From Haliotis rufescens (lineage: Eukaryota), in NCBI RefSeq assembly GCF_023055435.1, contig NW_025963891.1, forward strand, positions 2,914,001-2,978,000: 64,000 nt of DNA. The letters are read 5' to 3'. Made by a program: the position numbers and the translations under genes. The notes beneath the pieces were generated by a model, which did not search any database, had not been told where the DNA came from, and was given only the letters and a program-made list of their open reading frames with translations. Shown here in pieces: positions 12,999 through 25,410 of this stretch (its first letter is position 1; every line of letters begins with the position of its first letter).

Positions 12999-13193
12999 GA
13001 GAAGCGACATGGGTACGGTTTGTGCTATTTTCACTCGCGATATCCATTACGTATCGCTGGGATTAGATGTTTACCTTTACCCAAACCCACAGGGTCGGGA
13101 GAAAAATGTTTGAAGTTGATCAAAATGTGCGGTAGGCCTCATCATCAGTTAAACGTCGTCAGCATCCTCCATGGGACCCACGTCTGCTCGAAG
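12999..13193 (+). pseudogene. THAP zinc-finger exon of a transposase
   Basis: YGLC..SRYP...LPKP....KC...IKMCGRPHHQLN...HVCSK followed by a gtgagt donor; conserved Cys and Trp positions are degraded. Confidence 0.65.
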
Positions 13194-15342
13194 GTGAGTA
13201 TTTGCACGAATTTCCGCACTTTTGCACATATGCATACTCAAATCGGGTAAATGACAACACGTAGCAAGTTATGATTTTACGCATGTTATAAACAAGGATG
13301 ATGCTTGTAACTACAAAATCATTTTCGAATTATGTATTTTGGCAACATCCGGCATTGAGTTAGCAGGTCATATTGCTGAAATGTGACACGCGAGACGGCC
13401 GTGACACACAGTAAAAAAATATGAAAGTGATCTGATTTCGGTTAGTGCAGAACGAATTCTACAATTATTTACATTGAAGTACGATCTGGTGGAACTTGTA
13501 TTCCTCTCTCTTAGATATGATTTATTTTGTTGCAGATTTTAAGATATGATTTAGTTTCAAAATCACAAAAAAACCCACTATTAGCCTATCTGTTAATATT
13601 GCAAATTACTCGACCATAATATTACAAATTACTCCAGCAGTAATAATTCTTTAAACATAGAAAAATAATCATTGTCAATGGTTTTCGTTCCATAAAATCT
13701 TTCAATTTATTTCATATAAGTTCCCATTAAATCATGCTTTCACTATTTCAACATTTCTATAAAGAGACAGAACCCATGCAGTAATGTGAAATGGAATCAT
13801 CCCTTCAAGGTTAGAAAGGAGAGGAAAATTTCATGAGAAGGAAGTGAATTACTGAAATATTTTGACATAAATATTTTGAAATAAAAAATCCATCTCAGTT
13901 AATATAAGAAAATTATTGGTTTAGAATTGTTTGCAGCACAAGTTATTCACTGGTTGTGGAAGCTTACTGATATACGTTTCAGTGAATCAATATAACTGTT
14001 AAAAACGATTATAAGTGTCAAGTCATTTTAATTTATTTACTGGAAATAATACCAAGATTGTTTATGAACTCAGAGTAACATGGTCAAGTAATGATATAAA
14101 TTATAATCTAATCAAGTAATTAATAATTATTCCATCCAGTTATTTAATTGATGACGTATAAAAGTCAGATTAATATGATGTAATTGCTCTGACTAACAAA
14201 CACTAAATGTTTGATGGTACAACATCCACCTGGTATAAAACTTAGCTTGTTGGCTCTTTGTATAGGACATAATAATTTCTTTTTAAATACTATGTTTAAA
14301 AAAAAGATAGTGTTGAAAGTGATTACCAGTATCATAATACATGATACTTATTTCAAGATACACAGAATTTGTAAAAACAAAGACACTATCTCTTTGTCAC
14401 ACCCTGATCCAGAGTGCCTGATCAATTCTGATACAGAATATATTATATAATTCTTAATACATTTCATATATAACTGTGATGAATATTGAAATGTAATTAA
14501 CCCAAAATGTAATTCTTTACCATGATTTGAGGAGATTGTCAATATTTGAAAATTGAGCAAGAACTAGTGTTTATTAGGGATGATGTTTATTTACATATTG
14601 TTCAAGTTTGGGTTATGATTATGTTGAGAATGAGCTTCATATTTACTTCACAGTGGTTTTGCTGGCCTCAGGATATTTGGGTTTTTATCTTTTGATATGA
14701 ATTTACAATTTCTTTTAATAACTTTAGTACATTATGGGTGACAATCAGTCAGTATCCTAGAAAAGGAACTGGTCTGAATCCCTGTTTGTGTGTATTTTTA
14801 TTATTTAAGGAAAAGTCATAATCACACCAATATTTGTGAGGCATACTTGGGATATATGTTTAAATATCTAATGAACTCCAGGTGTCCAACTACCTGATAT
14901 TTGCATTTAAATGTATGATGCTTCATGCATAAGTAATACTTCTCAATTCACATGTGATTTGTTAAATAAAATATATATTATTTACTGTTATTTCCTAATT
15001 ATTCCTTCTTACTAACTTACAATCATGATGTCAACAGGTAATTTTGTTGATTAAAGCTTTGAACCCATGACATATTTAAGCCTTTGGATGGCATTTAGAA
15101 GAGATACACATAAGGGAGAGAAATTAAAGATGGTGGTGTTGCTCATAATTACAGTTGACATCCATAAATTCTCTTCCTTATGATATATTTGTTGTACTTA
15201 ATTGACATGTTAGTTGTTGTTAACAGTAATAATTCTTGGATTCCTGACAAGTCTTCAGAATAAAAGATCATATATGAATTTTAATTTGTTGTATATTTAA
15301 CAAATTAAATTAAAATTCATATATGATCTTTGTTGTATATTT

Positions 15343-15614
15343 GACCCGTGAAGATTCCGGGGTAGAATAGGTCTTCAGCAACCCATGCTTGCCGTAAAAG
15401 GCGACAATGCTTATCGTAAAAGGCGACTAACTGGATCGGGTGGTCAGGCTCGCTGACTTGGTTAATACATGTCATCGATCCCAATTGCGTAGGTCGATGT
15501 TCATGATGTCAATCACTGGATTGTCTGGTCCAGACTCGATAATTTTACAGACCGCCGTCATATAGTTGGAATATTGCTGAGTGCGGTGTTAAACAACAAA
15601 CAAAACAAACAAAA
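15343..15614 (+). mobile_element. SINE-like family A, full length (non-tRNA head)
   Basis: gacccgtgaag...gaatattgctgagtgcggtgttaaac plus (aaac)n tail; 12-bp TSD tgttgtatattt. Confidence 0.9.
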
Positions 15615-15649
15615 TGTTGTATATTTTATCAATGAAAGTTAATTGACTG

Positions 15650-15797
15650 GAAGAACTGCAGAGCGTGTCTTCAGATACTTTTGCCATCGCAGGTTTCCCT
15701 TTTCTTGAACATGGATGATTGATTTGCCATAACCATGGCAGTTACAGGTGCTCATTTTATCTGGGATCCTCTCAATGTTTTCCACTGTTCTCACATA
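15650..15797 (-). pseudogene. YqaJ-like exonuclease remnant, downstream part
   Basis: T-AM-x-YGKSN motif (frameshifted); continues across the TA target site from 24284-24360. Confidence 0.45.
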
Positions 15798-17650
15798 CAC
15801 TACTGCCTAAAAGTTCATTCCCTTAACACACGTTGAGAACGCGTGTAACACGCATGTGACATGGGTGCTCAACGGGTTGCACACGGGTTGAACACCCGTT
15901 AAACACGCGTGTGCAACGGGTGTGTAGCGCGTGTGCAACCCGTTGAGCACGCGTGGGTCAGTTGAAGTTAATCAAGATAAATCAAAACAGTGAGATGTGA
16001 ATCTTGAGTTAATGAGCGGACATTGACCTGTGTTCACCAGACCATAAACACAAGGTCGGCCCGTCTTAATTAGTGTTTGGTTGCTGGACTTTTATGGCAG
16101 GAACCATTCCACGGAATGGTCTAGCCATGGTGGCTACACGACAGTAGAACAGTAGTGAATTTAGAAGCGAGTTTATTGCTAGGGGAACCTCGAGTTGACA
16201 CGATTGTCGCGGGTTGGTAAATGTTCGCCATTAATGAAGTGATTGTTTGTGGATTGCGGACATATTCGTTTTAAGTTTTGCCCACGTGAGTCATTCCAGG
16301 TGACTGCAAATATAACGTTTTTCGTTCGCCAAATTTATGCTTTAGATAGTACACTTATGATAGAACAGTCACCACTACTTATGTCTTATTTTGTCACGTA
16401 GGAATATATGTCCCATTTGCCGACAACCCACTTTCTGTTTGGTATTTTGTAAGAATTATTAAGAGAAAGTTGTGTGTGGGACTCTAACATTTATCCCTTA
16501 CTCTAAGAGGATATTGGAAATGAATATGAACATGTTGTCTCACTGTTGATAGAATTTGAGATCTTCACAATCACCGGGTGTGACCATGTAGACAGAATCT
16601 CGTTAAGATTTGTGATTTTTACATTTGCCCAATGACCATGGTGAGTATTGTTGGGGATACCAAAGGTTTACTATTAGATGAAATTGGTTGTGAGGGCTTA
16701 TACCATGTGGATAGGATATCTTTAGGATTTTAATCCGTTCTCTCTCTGTGGGTAATCCTTTCACGTTGATGGAAGGAGGTCACTCAACCATGGATATGCG
16801 CAAGGCTTGGGATCGCGAAAAGATCACCAGAGGTGTTGATGGTGGCTGGACATGCAGCATACAGCATTTCCAGTGTAGACTTGCACCTCGTCTTTGTTTC
16901 ACTCGGTATTAAAAACCTTGATATACAAGGATACGGCCACCACGCCATTCACAGGTGCATTTGTCTATTTACAATGAAGTTGTTCAGCTTTCGCAGTATT
17001 TATATACTATCTCACTGATTACTTGTTAACTGGGCATGAATAAATTTTGATATTCATATTATTATAGTTAGTCAAATTGTAAATAAAACTTTAAGAAAAT
17101 TGTGCTACACTTTCTCGAAAAATGTTTTGTCTGTGGGTAAGTTTAAATGTCATGTCACATCAGCATTTCTTCAGTTTTATTGCGGCGAAATAATTGCCAG
17201 CTTTTTAGACTACATGTTACATGGCTGCTTTTACATTTCTTATACAAGTGCTTGACTGCCTCAGTAGTTCATGATCAATTAGATTTTTTATTGTGTAAAC
17301 AAATCAGTCAAGTTTGCAACAATAGATGAATAAGTTGATAAATTTGGACCGCAGTTACCGCATAACAACTTAAGACATAGAGACAGGGAGTCGATATATA
17401 ACAGAAGTTATGGTCCTGTTAAGACGGTTGACAGTTAGAACGTTGGAGTAAAAAATGACCAAAAATTGTAGGGTCAATCGCTTTGGACATGTTGAAACTC
17501 ATTTTAAGGCACACGACAAGTCAAAACTGGCCGCCCTTCTTATGTTTGACAGCAACTATGCTCGTGGATTTCAGAGATAGATGTGATGTTTTACCTTGAT
17601 GTTATTACAATAAGCGAAAATGTCTTTTAAGTTGTAACTTTGTATATTAC

Positions 17651-17730
17651 CACACCCACACCCACACCCACACCCACACCCACACCCACACCCACACCCG
17701 CATCCATACACCCATACACCCACACCCACA
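17651..17730. repeat. (CACACC)n microsatellite
   Basis: Direct inspection. Confidence 0.95.
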
Positions 17731-17780
17731 ACCGCATTAAAATCCCGCTCAAAGCATACAAACAGGTAAGCATACAGGAC

Positions 17781-17995
17781 GCTCACAGCAATCTCATACA
17801 AATTACTCACAGCAATCGCATGCAGAACATTCACAGCAGTCTCATATAAAACACACACAGCAATCTCATACAGAACACTCACAGCAGTCTCATACCGAAC
17901 ACTCACAGCAGTATCATACAGAACACTCACAACAATCTCATACAGAACACTCGCAGCAATCTCATACAAAACACTCACGGCAATCTCATACATGT
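17781..17995. repeat. 24-bp minisatellite (cagcaatctcatacagaacactca)
   Basis: About 9 tandem units. Confidence 0.9.
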
Positions 17996-17999
17996 CATA

Positions 18000-18460
18000 C
18001 ATCTATACACATATGCGTCCATATATACACAACTTAATTCATCAATCGTGTATACTAACCTACATGTATAACCAGCATACATACTAACATACCAACCTAC
18101 ATACATGTACATACCTATATCCATCAAACATAAATCAATCCGTATTATACATACACAGGTCCATCCATACCTATGTCCGTTCAAACACACGTCAATCCAA
18201 ATATACTAACACACATACAACCATACATCCATACATATCTATAGTCATTCAAACACACCTCAATCCAAATATACTAACACACATACAACCATACCTATAT
18301 CCATCCATTCACACATCAATCCATATATACATACACACATACAACCATACCTATATCCATCCATACACACATCAATCCATATATACATATACACATACAA
18401 CCATACCTATATCCATCCATACACACATCAATCCATATATACATACACACATACAACCAT
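18000..18460. repeat. CA-rich degenerate tandem repeat (units about 50 bp)
   Basis: acacatcaatccatatatacatacacacatacaaccatacctatatccatcc recurs. Confidence 0.8.
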
Positions 18461-18599
18461 ACAAGAGTCGTACTGAATACAATATGAACATACATTAAAT
18501 ACAACAGATAATATAAATGAGAGGCACTGTATACTAACGTACATAAACACACCCGCCTACACACCTATGTGCATATATTAGACAATGTATAACATTATG

Positions 18600-19143
18600 G
18601 ATGGGATAAAAAGTAATTAAAATAAAAGCTAACAGTTTATATAAAGTTTACGGCGCCTGTACATTCTGTAGACAAGGGTGGCTAGGGATTTACTTATACA
18701 TGGAGTATTCATTAAATAGCAGGTCTGTTACAGTAGAGAACAGGTCGGGAAGGAGGGCTCCAAGGAGGTAATATAATTCCATAAATCATATCTTAAATCA
18801 GAATAAAAGTTACATTCAGTTAGAAAGTGGATTTCATCTTCGATTGCTTTAGGGTCACACATTTTACATATCCTTTCTTCCAAGGGGACAGTCGGTCGTG
18901 AAAGTCTCCCGGTCTCTATTTCAAGAGGTAAAGTTCCTGTACGTATTTTGGCGAGTGTATTTCGATAAGATCGGTCCATTATAAGTTAAGCATATGGTTC
19001 AGTGTTAAGCGAGCCCTTAAAGAGTCTATATGTTCTAAGTTTGTTACCGTTTATAAGCCCTCGATCGTTCCACAGCTGACGTAGCCAGTCATAGTAATCA
19101 TTTGATATAAGCCAAGTCTTTATGTAGTCCATGTCAGGAGGTG
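18600..19143 (-). mobile_element. LINE ORF2 3' fragment (C-terminal zinc-knuckle region)
   Basis: GNKLRTYRLFK...LEIETGR...ERICKMC...EDEIHFLTEC..YSDLR. Confidence 0.85.
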
Positions 19144-19462
19144 TTAAATTAAATATATCCAAAATAGGTAGTTGCCACGACTTGATAAGTGTAAAATTCT
19201 TATTAGTCCATGATTAACGATAATTACGTGACCATAGATGGACTTTATTAGACAACAAACAGGGCTGTAAGTTTCGCTTTGAACCACCATCCCCACCCTG
19301 TCGGTAGGGATTATGTAATCGGTGCGCACATAACTGTGTCCAGTTTACCGCGGGTGTTGATGCAGTGTCAGTGTCGAATGGTTTTGTGATAGTTGTGCAA
19401 ATATTCGTTGTATATCGTATATTTCTGTTACTAACTATCTCTATTTGCCCTTTTACTATTTA

Positions 19463-19805
19463 TTCATTCATTTATGGATACCAAAGAATGAATTTATATC
19501 ACAAATTTGATTTGATTTTAATCATGAAATGTTTATTAATATAACAAATCGGTTCTTAGATATCAATAACTGAATTTATTATCCAAAAATTACTATTTAT
19601 TCATTATGTGATATCAATAATTCATTTATGGATACCGAAGAATGAATTTATATCACAAATTTAGAAAATCGGTTTTTCTATATCAATAACTGAATTTATT
19701 ATCAAATAATTACTATTTATTCATTATGTGATATCAATAATTCATTTATGGATACCAAAGAATGAATTTATATCACAAATTTAGAAAATCGGCTTTTAGA
19801 TATCA
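19463..19805. repeat. AT-rich tandem repeat of about 121 bp, left part
   Basis: attcatttatggataccaaagaatgaatttatatcacaaattt three times; resumes at 22797. Confidence 0.9.
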
Positions 19806-21941
19806 TTGAAAGACTATGTGATACAGAACAAGGGGAGTTTTGGAAGAAGATAGGGAAGATCGGTGTCGGTAACAACAAGAATAGGAGAATTCCTTTTGAA
19901 GTCCAGTTAGAAGATTGAACAATATCCAGTGACCGAAGAACAGTTTTAGAAGCTTGGAAGAATGCATATTCCAGCCTGTTAAACTGTAACAATAGTACAA
20001 CAGAACCCTGTGACACAGATGAAGACGGACTTAGTGAGACTGCTCTGGACACTGTGATATCAAGACATGAGGTACAACAGGCTATTATGCAGGCGAAAAA
20101 TGGAAAATCACCGGGAAGTGACGATATACCAGCTGAAGTTTTAAAAAATGAATTTTTAAAAAATTTCTTATTTAATCTGTTTAACTTATGTTTCCGTGCT
20201 GGTCAAGTACCCTCACTATGGGCAAAGGGGATAATCAATCCTATTCGGAAGAGTTCTACAGCAGACCCAAGAGATCCACTCGCCTACAGAGGTATCACTC
20301 TAGCAAATTCAACATACAAGATTTATTGTGGACTCCTGAATAATCGACTTTCTAAGCATGCTGAACTTAAAGATTTATTGTCTGATAATCAAAATGGATT
20401 TAGAAAAGGTCGATCAACGGTGGAACATGTGTCAACATTAACATCTATAATTGAAACGAGGAAAAGTCTCAAGAAATCAACTTTTGTCAGTTTTATTGAC
20501 TTTACGAAGGCTTATGATTGCATAGACAGAAGTATTCTCTGGAATAAATTACGTTATATGGGCATTCAGGGACGATTTTTAAATGCTTTCGTGTCGCTGT
20601 ATAGAGACGTTAAATGCTGTGTACGACTAAATGGACAATACCCTCCATGGTTCGAAGTGAAATGTGGCCTCAAACAAGGTTGTCTTTTATCACCGCTTTT
20701 ATTTAACCTCTATGTGAACGATCTGATTGACAAGGTAAATGCTTTGTCTCTAGGCGTTGAAGTCGACGGCGAAAACATCAGTATCCTCGCCTATGCAAAT
20801 GACATCATACTCATTACAAAAAATGAGGAGAATATGAATCTGTTGTTGGACGTTTTCCATAAGTGGTGCGTTGAAAATAAAATGAACATAAATGCAGGAA
20901 AGTCCAAAGTAATCCACTTCAGGAATCCATCGGTATGTCAAACTACACAGCGTTTCGAGTGTGGGACGAATGTTATTGAAATTGTCGACAGTTATAATTA
21001 TCTGGGCTTACTCCTCTCTGAACACTTGGACTTTAGGAGAATGGGACAAGATATAGCAAGTTCGGCTAACAGAGCGTTAGGGCTGCTGATATCAAAATTC
21101 AAGGTTCTCGGAGGGATGCAGTACAATACATACACTAAACTCTATGACTCCATGATGTGGGCGACAATGCAGTATGGATCAGCTATCTGGGGAACATACA
21201 ATTTCAGCTGTATCAACGCAGTCCAGAACAAGGCTATGCGATTTTTCATGGGATTGAGAAAGTTTGCTCCGAATAATGCTGTATCTGGAGACATGGGGTG
21301 GATTCCCCCAATAGTAAGACAATGGGAAACTATCTCAAAGTTCTACAAACGTTGCAGTTCCCTTCTACAACAAAGATTAACAAGAAAAGTATTTGTGTGG
21401 GCCAATAAACACGCACTAAACAACAAGAGGAACTGGAACTTCAGAGTACACACGAAGTATAAACAATTAGGTCTATCTGTTTTTACCTCCACAAATAACA
21501 CGTATCACTATCGTCAAATTGGAGGTAAAGTGAGAGATACTGTATTTCAACGCTTCAAGGAGGAATGGAAAGTTTCAGTGAGTCAAGTGAACAGTCAAAG
21601 CGGTAACGGAGGCAACAAGCTACGACTATATAATCAGCTGAAAAACGAATTTAATGTTGCTTATTTAAAATACATTCCTATGTCAAAGCCTAACAGACGC
21701 TCTCTAGCTGTATTCAGATGTGGTGTAGCCCCACTACGAGTCGAGACTGGGCGATATACAAACCTACTTATCAACGAGAGAGTGTGCTTTTATTGTGATA
21801 CGTGTGTGGAAGACGAAGTCCATGTTCTATTGCACTGCCCAACTTATAATGACGTTCGACAGGTTTTATTAGATAAATGTATTGAAGTGTGGTGTGGTTT
21901 TAAAGATGAATGTGATATTGTGAAAGTTTGTACAGAATTTT
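19806..21941 (+). mobile_element. LINE ORF2 fragment (RT plus C-terminal CCHC), truncated at both ends and inactive
   Basis: ORF 20054-21949: GKSPGSDDI, YRGITL, QNGFRKGRST, FIDFTKAYD, GLKQGCLLSP, catalytic motif mutated to YAND, ETGRY..RVCFYC; stop near 19918. Confidence 0.92.
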
Positions 21942-22787
21942 GGGAGTAGTGCGCTTTACCGGGCGCACTTTTTCAGATCCAATTAGCGCTAGGGGGGCCC
22001 GAACGCGCTTCGCCGGCTCACCGGCTTGGACCACAGGCGCTATCACATGTATTCAGTGCTCGTTTAACGGGTCATTAACACCCCATTAACGTAATTCAGA
22101 AAACAAAGAATTGCGCATGCGTGTGACGTCACCGTCCGCTCTCCCATTAATCTTTTCTTGAAACCACACCCGCCATTGTTTATGTCAACATGACCGACCA
22201 ATCGGATAAATGGATTAACGCTTGAAAAGGTAAGAATTTATGGCTAACCCTTGCCCAAAGCAAGCTAACCCTAAGACCGAAAAGGGGTGTTGGATCGTAA
22301 AGACGTGTAAGTTTCCCTAAGACCGAAAACGGGTGTTGGATTGTAAAGACGTGTAAGTTTCCCTAGACCGAAAACGGGTGTTGGATCGTAAAGATGTGTA
22401 AGTTTCCCCGAGACCGAAAACGGGTGTTGGATCGTAAAGACGTGTAAGTTTCCCTAAGACCGAAAACGGGTGTTGGATCGTAAAGACGTGTAAGTTTCCC
22501 TAAGACCGAAAACGGGTGTTGGATTGTAAAGACGTGTCAGTTTCCCTAGACCGTAAACGGGTGTTGGATCGTAAAGATGTGTAAGTTTCCCTAAGACCGA
22601 AAACGGGTGTTGGATCGTAAAGACGTGTAAGTTTCCCTAAGACCGAAAACGGGTGTTGGATCGTGAAGCGAGAATCACCGGAGCGTGAGGCACGGTAACG
22701 GTATAGCGAGACAGCGGTAGCACTATAGCGCGGTAATTGACTGAATGGAAGAGCTCGGGCTGCGCCCGGTAAACTGCATTGTTGCCC
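21942..22787. mobile_element. MITE/HINE-like element with imperfect terminal inverted repeats and an internal tandem array
   Basis: gggagtagtgcgctttaccgggcgca ... tgcgcccggtaaactgcattgttgccc; T-rich left flank; ctaaccct motifs. Confidence 0.65.
22271..22665. repeat. 46-bp tandem array, about 8.5 units
   Basis: Unit ctaagaccgaaaacgggtgttggatcgtaaagacgtgtaagtttcc. Confidence 0.97.
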
Positions 22788-22796
22788 AATAGGGAG

Positions 22797-22998
22797 AATT
22801 CATTTATGGATACCAAAGAATGAATTAATATCACAAATTTGATTTGATTTTTATCATGAAATGTTTATTAATATAGCAAATCGGTTTTTAGATATCAATA
22901 ACTGAATTTATTATCAAATAATTACTATTTATTTATTATTGGATATCAACAATTCATTTATGGATGCCAAAGAATGAATTTATATCACAAATTTGATT
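22797..22998. repeat. AT-rich repeat, right part
   Basis: Matches 19463-19660. Confidence 0.9.
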
Positions 22999-24283
22999 TA
23001 AATAAGGTTCACGGAGACGAAGGCTATAGATACAATACCATATTAGATTTTGTAGATGATTAAGATTTTTTAATAATTCGTGAAGATAAGTACAGTATCG
23101 TAACATTTACATATATAGTCACATTCAGATGATGTCTCTACATATAAGTAAGGGCAAGTTTCTTCCCTTTGTTTATTCGTTTTTCCTCCTGGCTCTGAAG
23201 GTGGAACACAGGCTTTAGGGTTACATATGTATCATTGTATTTTAATGCGATTTGAATATTATTCTTTACTATCGTACTTACTTCATGTTTTAAATGAGAC
23301 TTCATGTTTTAATTTGACATGTCACCACAAATTACAATTATTGCTTCTTAGCTCAACATAATTGACAAATACTCTAAAAGATATGACTAGTAAACCATTA
23401 ATGTACGTTGAAAAAATATATATTGTAAATCGTAAGTAGAAGATATATTGACAGTAGCGCTGGGATTTTATTCAACAAGCCCGTCAAAACAACACTCAAT
23501 GTTCACCTCTCCTGGCGGCCATTATGCAACGGCCATCTTATACACAACCCCACGCTCACGTCTACAGGTCTCTTCCTGTGGTACGGTAATTAGTAGAACC
23601 CTCTCCCCAAAGTGTATCCTCCATGATATAACCTACTCTCATTAATTAAATGCTGCCCTTTCCCAGCGTCATGGCTATGGAGCTGAGACAAAGAGACCAA
23701 ACCATCATAAAGTAATCTTAACACCATCGCAAAACATCATGTAGAAGCAACAACAGTAATCATATCACATCTTAAAATGAGACATCAGCAAGTACATATA
23801 ATAAAATGTGTATTAACATTTTTCGTCAGGAAATAAAAAAAAATATCTCCTTGTTACCACCTCCAAGTTCAGCTAAACTCAGGTCCTCCTTTGGTCAAAA
23901 GTTTGTTCCCCCTGTAATGAGTGTGTCACGCGTTGCACACGAGTGGCGAACGGGGTGCACACCCGTGTTCAGCGCGTTGCACACAGGTATCACACGCGTG
24001 GCGGACGGGTTCCACACGAGTGACCAACGGGGTGCACACGGGTATCACACGCGAGTCGGACGGGTTCCACACGAGTGACGAACAGGGTGCACACCCGTGT
24101 TCAGCGCGTTGCACACGGGTATCACACGCGTGGCGGACGGGTTCCACACGATTGACCAACGGGGTGCACACGGGTATCACACGCGAGTCGGACGGGTTCC
24201 ACACGAGTGACCAACGGGGTGCACACGGATTGCGTAACGCGTTGCCCATGCTTGTAAGGGGAATGAACTTCTAGGCAGTAGTG

Positions 24284-25182
24284 TACATGTACCTAATTAC
24301 TCGCTGTTCGTTAAGTCCAATATTCTGGAAGTTTGACCAGGCATTTTTATCTAACTTTAGAATTCCAAACTGATTGCCATATGCAAACAGATTGGGATAA
24401 CTAATAGTTATAATTCCTTACATTCTGCATTATTTTAGGATGGCATAGATATGTTAAAACGTTTAATGAGGGACAGTTTACTGACATCTGCTGCAGATTT
24501 GGGGCTGAATATCAGCCTCTGAGCAGGTCTAGATTTATCCCTGGTGACATGCCCAACCCTATGTTCCAGATGCCCAAATAAAATATATTCATTTATTACA
24601 TAATAAAACCAATGTAGCAGTGGGGGGAAATAATGTACTGCTTTAATTTTATCAACTATTCTTTTATGTTTATTCATTAAAAGGGCCCACTAACTCTATG
24701 CCTTTCAGGTTATATTGGTTTTGCTTAGAGCACCAGACACAAAACGTGGGCAATGCAACTGGTGACAATCTATTTATAGATATCCACATGATTTGTAACT
24801 TTTGCTTGTTTCCAGTACTTTCCATACACTTAAATTACGATGGAAAGTAAAAACAAAATTTAGTTAATCCACTCTTGGATGAATAATATATTATTGACAT
24901 GCTGTAAATTGACAATATAGTATGCTCTGCCTGACATGAGTGCTTCGAAGTAGTGCACGCTTCTAACTTTCAGCCATGGTGACTTCCTCATTGACCGATA
25001 CACCATTACATCGGACTTATGACTCATTCTCACTCCCGATATGTAACTTGACAACTTAAATAGAACCCCAAAACAGATCATGTATAATTCTCTTTAGATA
25101 TTTTTGACACACGACTGGTAAGAAAGCATCCTGAGCCAAATTCATCGCCCGCGCATTCAAGTTTCACCGGCTGTGACGCCAT
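24284..25182 (-). pseudogene. SWIM/YqaJ-type gene remnant, upstream part
   Basis: ATG at 25182 (MASQPV..); G.LF..SSYISGV...VYRSMRK; GQ..PEYW..RTASN*VHVC, with the HVC codons spanning the CACTA junction. Confidence 0.45.
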
Positions 25183-25410
25183 AGCGAACAGCCAGTGGTT
25201 ATACATGCATGACAACACACGAATATTTTCTAAGTTTATCATCATTTTACCTGTAAAAGTACATTTTAAGGGTAATCACGGTATCAGTTAGGACAGGCTA
25301 GATCCAGGCAATTCGTGTTATTTTTATATATGTTCTTTTTATAGTCCTATGACTCGTATTTATTAAATGAAGCCACAAAAGCAGTTTTCTAGCATTCCCG
25401 ACAGTACTTT

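Larger units (their letters stand above)
15798..24283. mobile_element. 8.5-kb CACTA/EnSpm-type non-autonomous element with nested cargo
   Basis: TIR cactactgcctaaaagttcattccc / gggaatgaacttctaggcagtagtg; TA on both flanks; subterminal repeat fields at 15826-15958 and 23925-24250. Confidence 0.8.
12914..25195. mobile_element. Decayed ISL2EU/Harbinger-related DNA transposon with convergent THAP and SWIM/YqaJ genes; hosts a SINE and the CACTA insertion
   Basis: THAP exon on + near 13000; YqaJ-type motifs on - on both sides of the CACTA insertion; right end not identified. Confidence 0.45.

Noticed and set aside
17571-18002. 143-aa ORF with YEIAVSVL repeats and poly-GC
   Set aside because: Product of a 24-bp minisatellite and a hexamer microsatellite.
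23921-24274. ORFs of 107-117 aa on both strands
   Set aside because: They arise from CACTA subterminal repeats, including a 132-bp duplication.
24677-24695. ttaaaagggcccac as a Kolobok terminus
   Set aside because: No matching opposite end found, and it lies within the putative YqaJ remnant.
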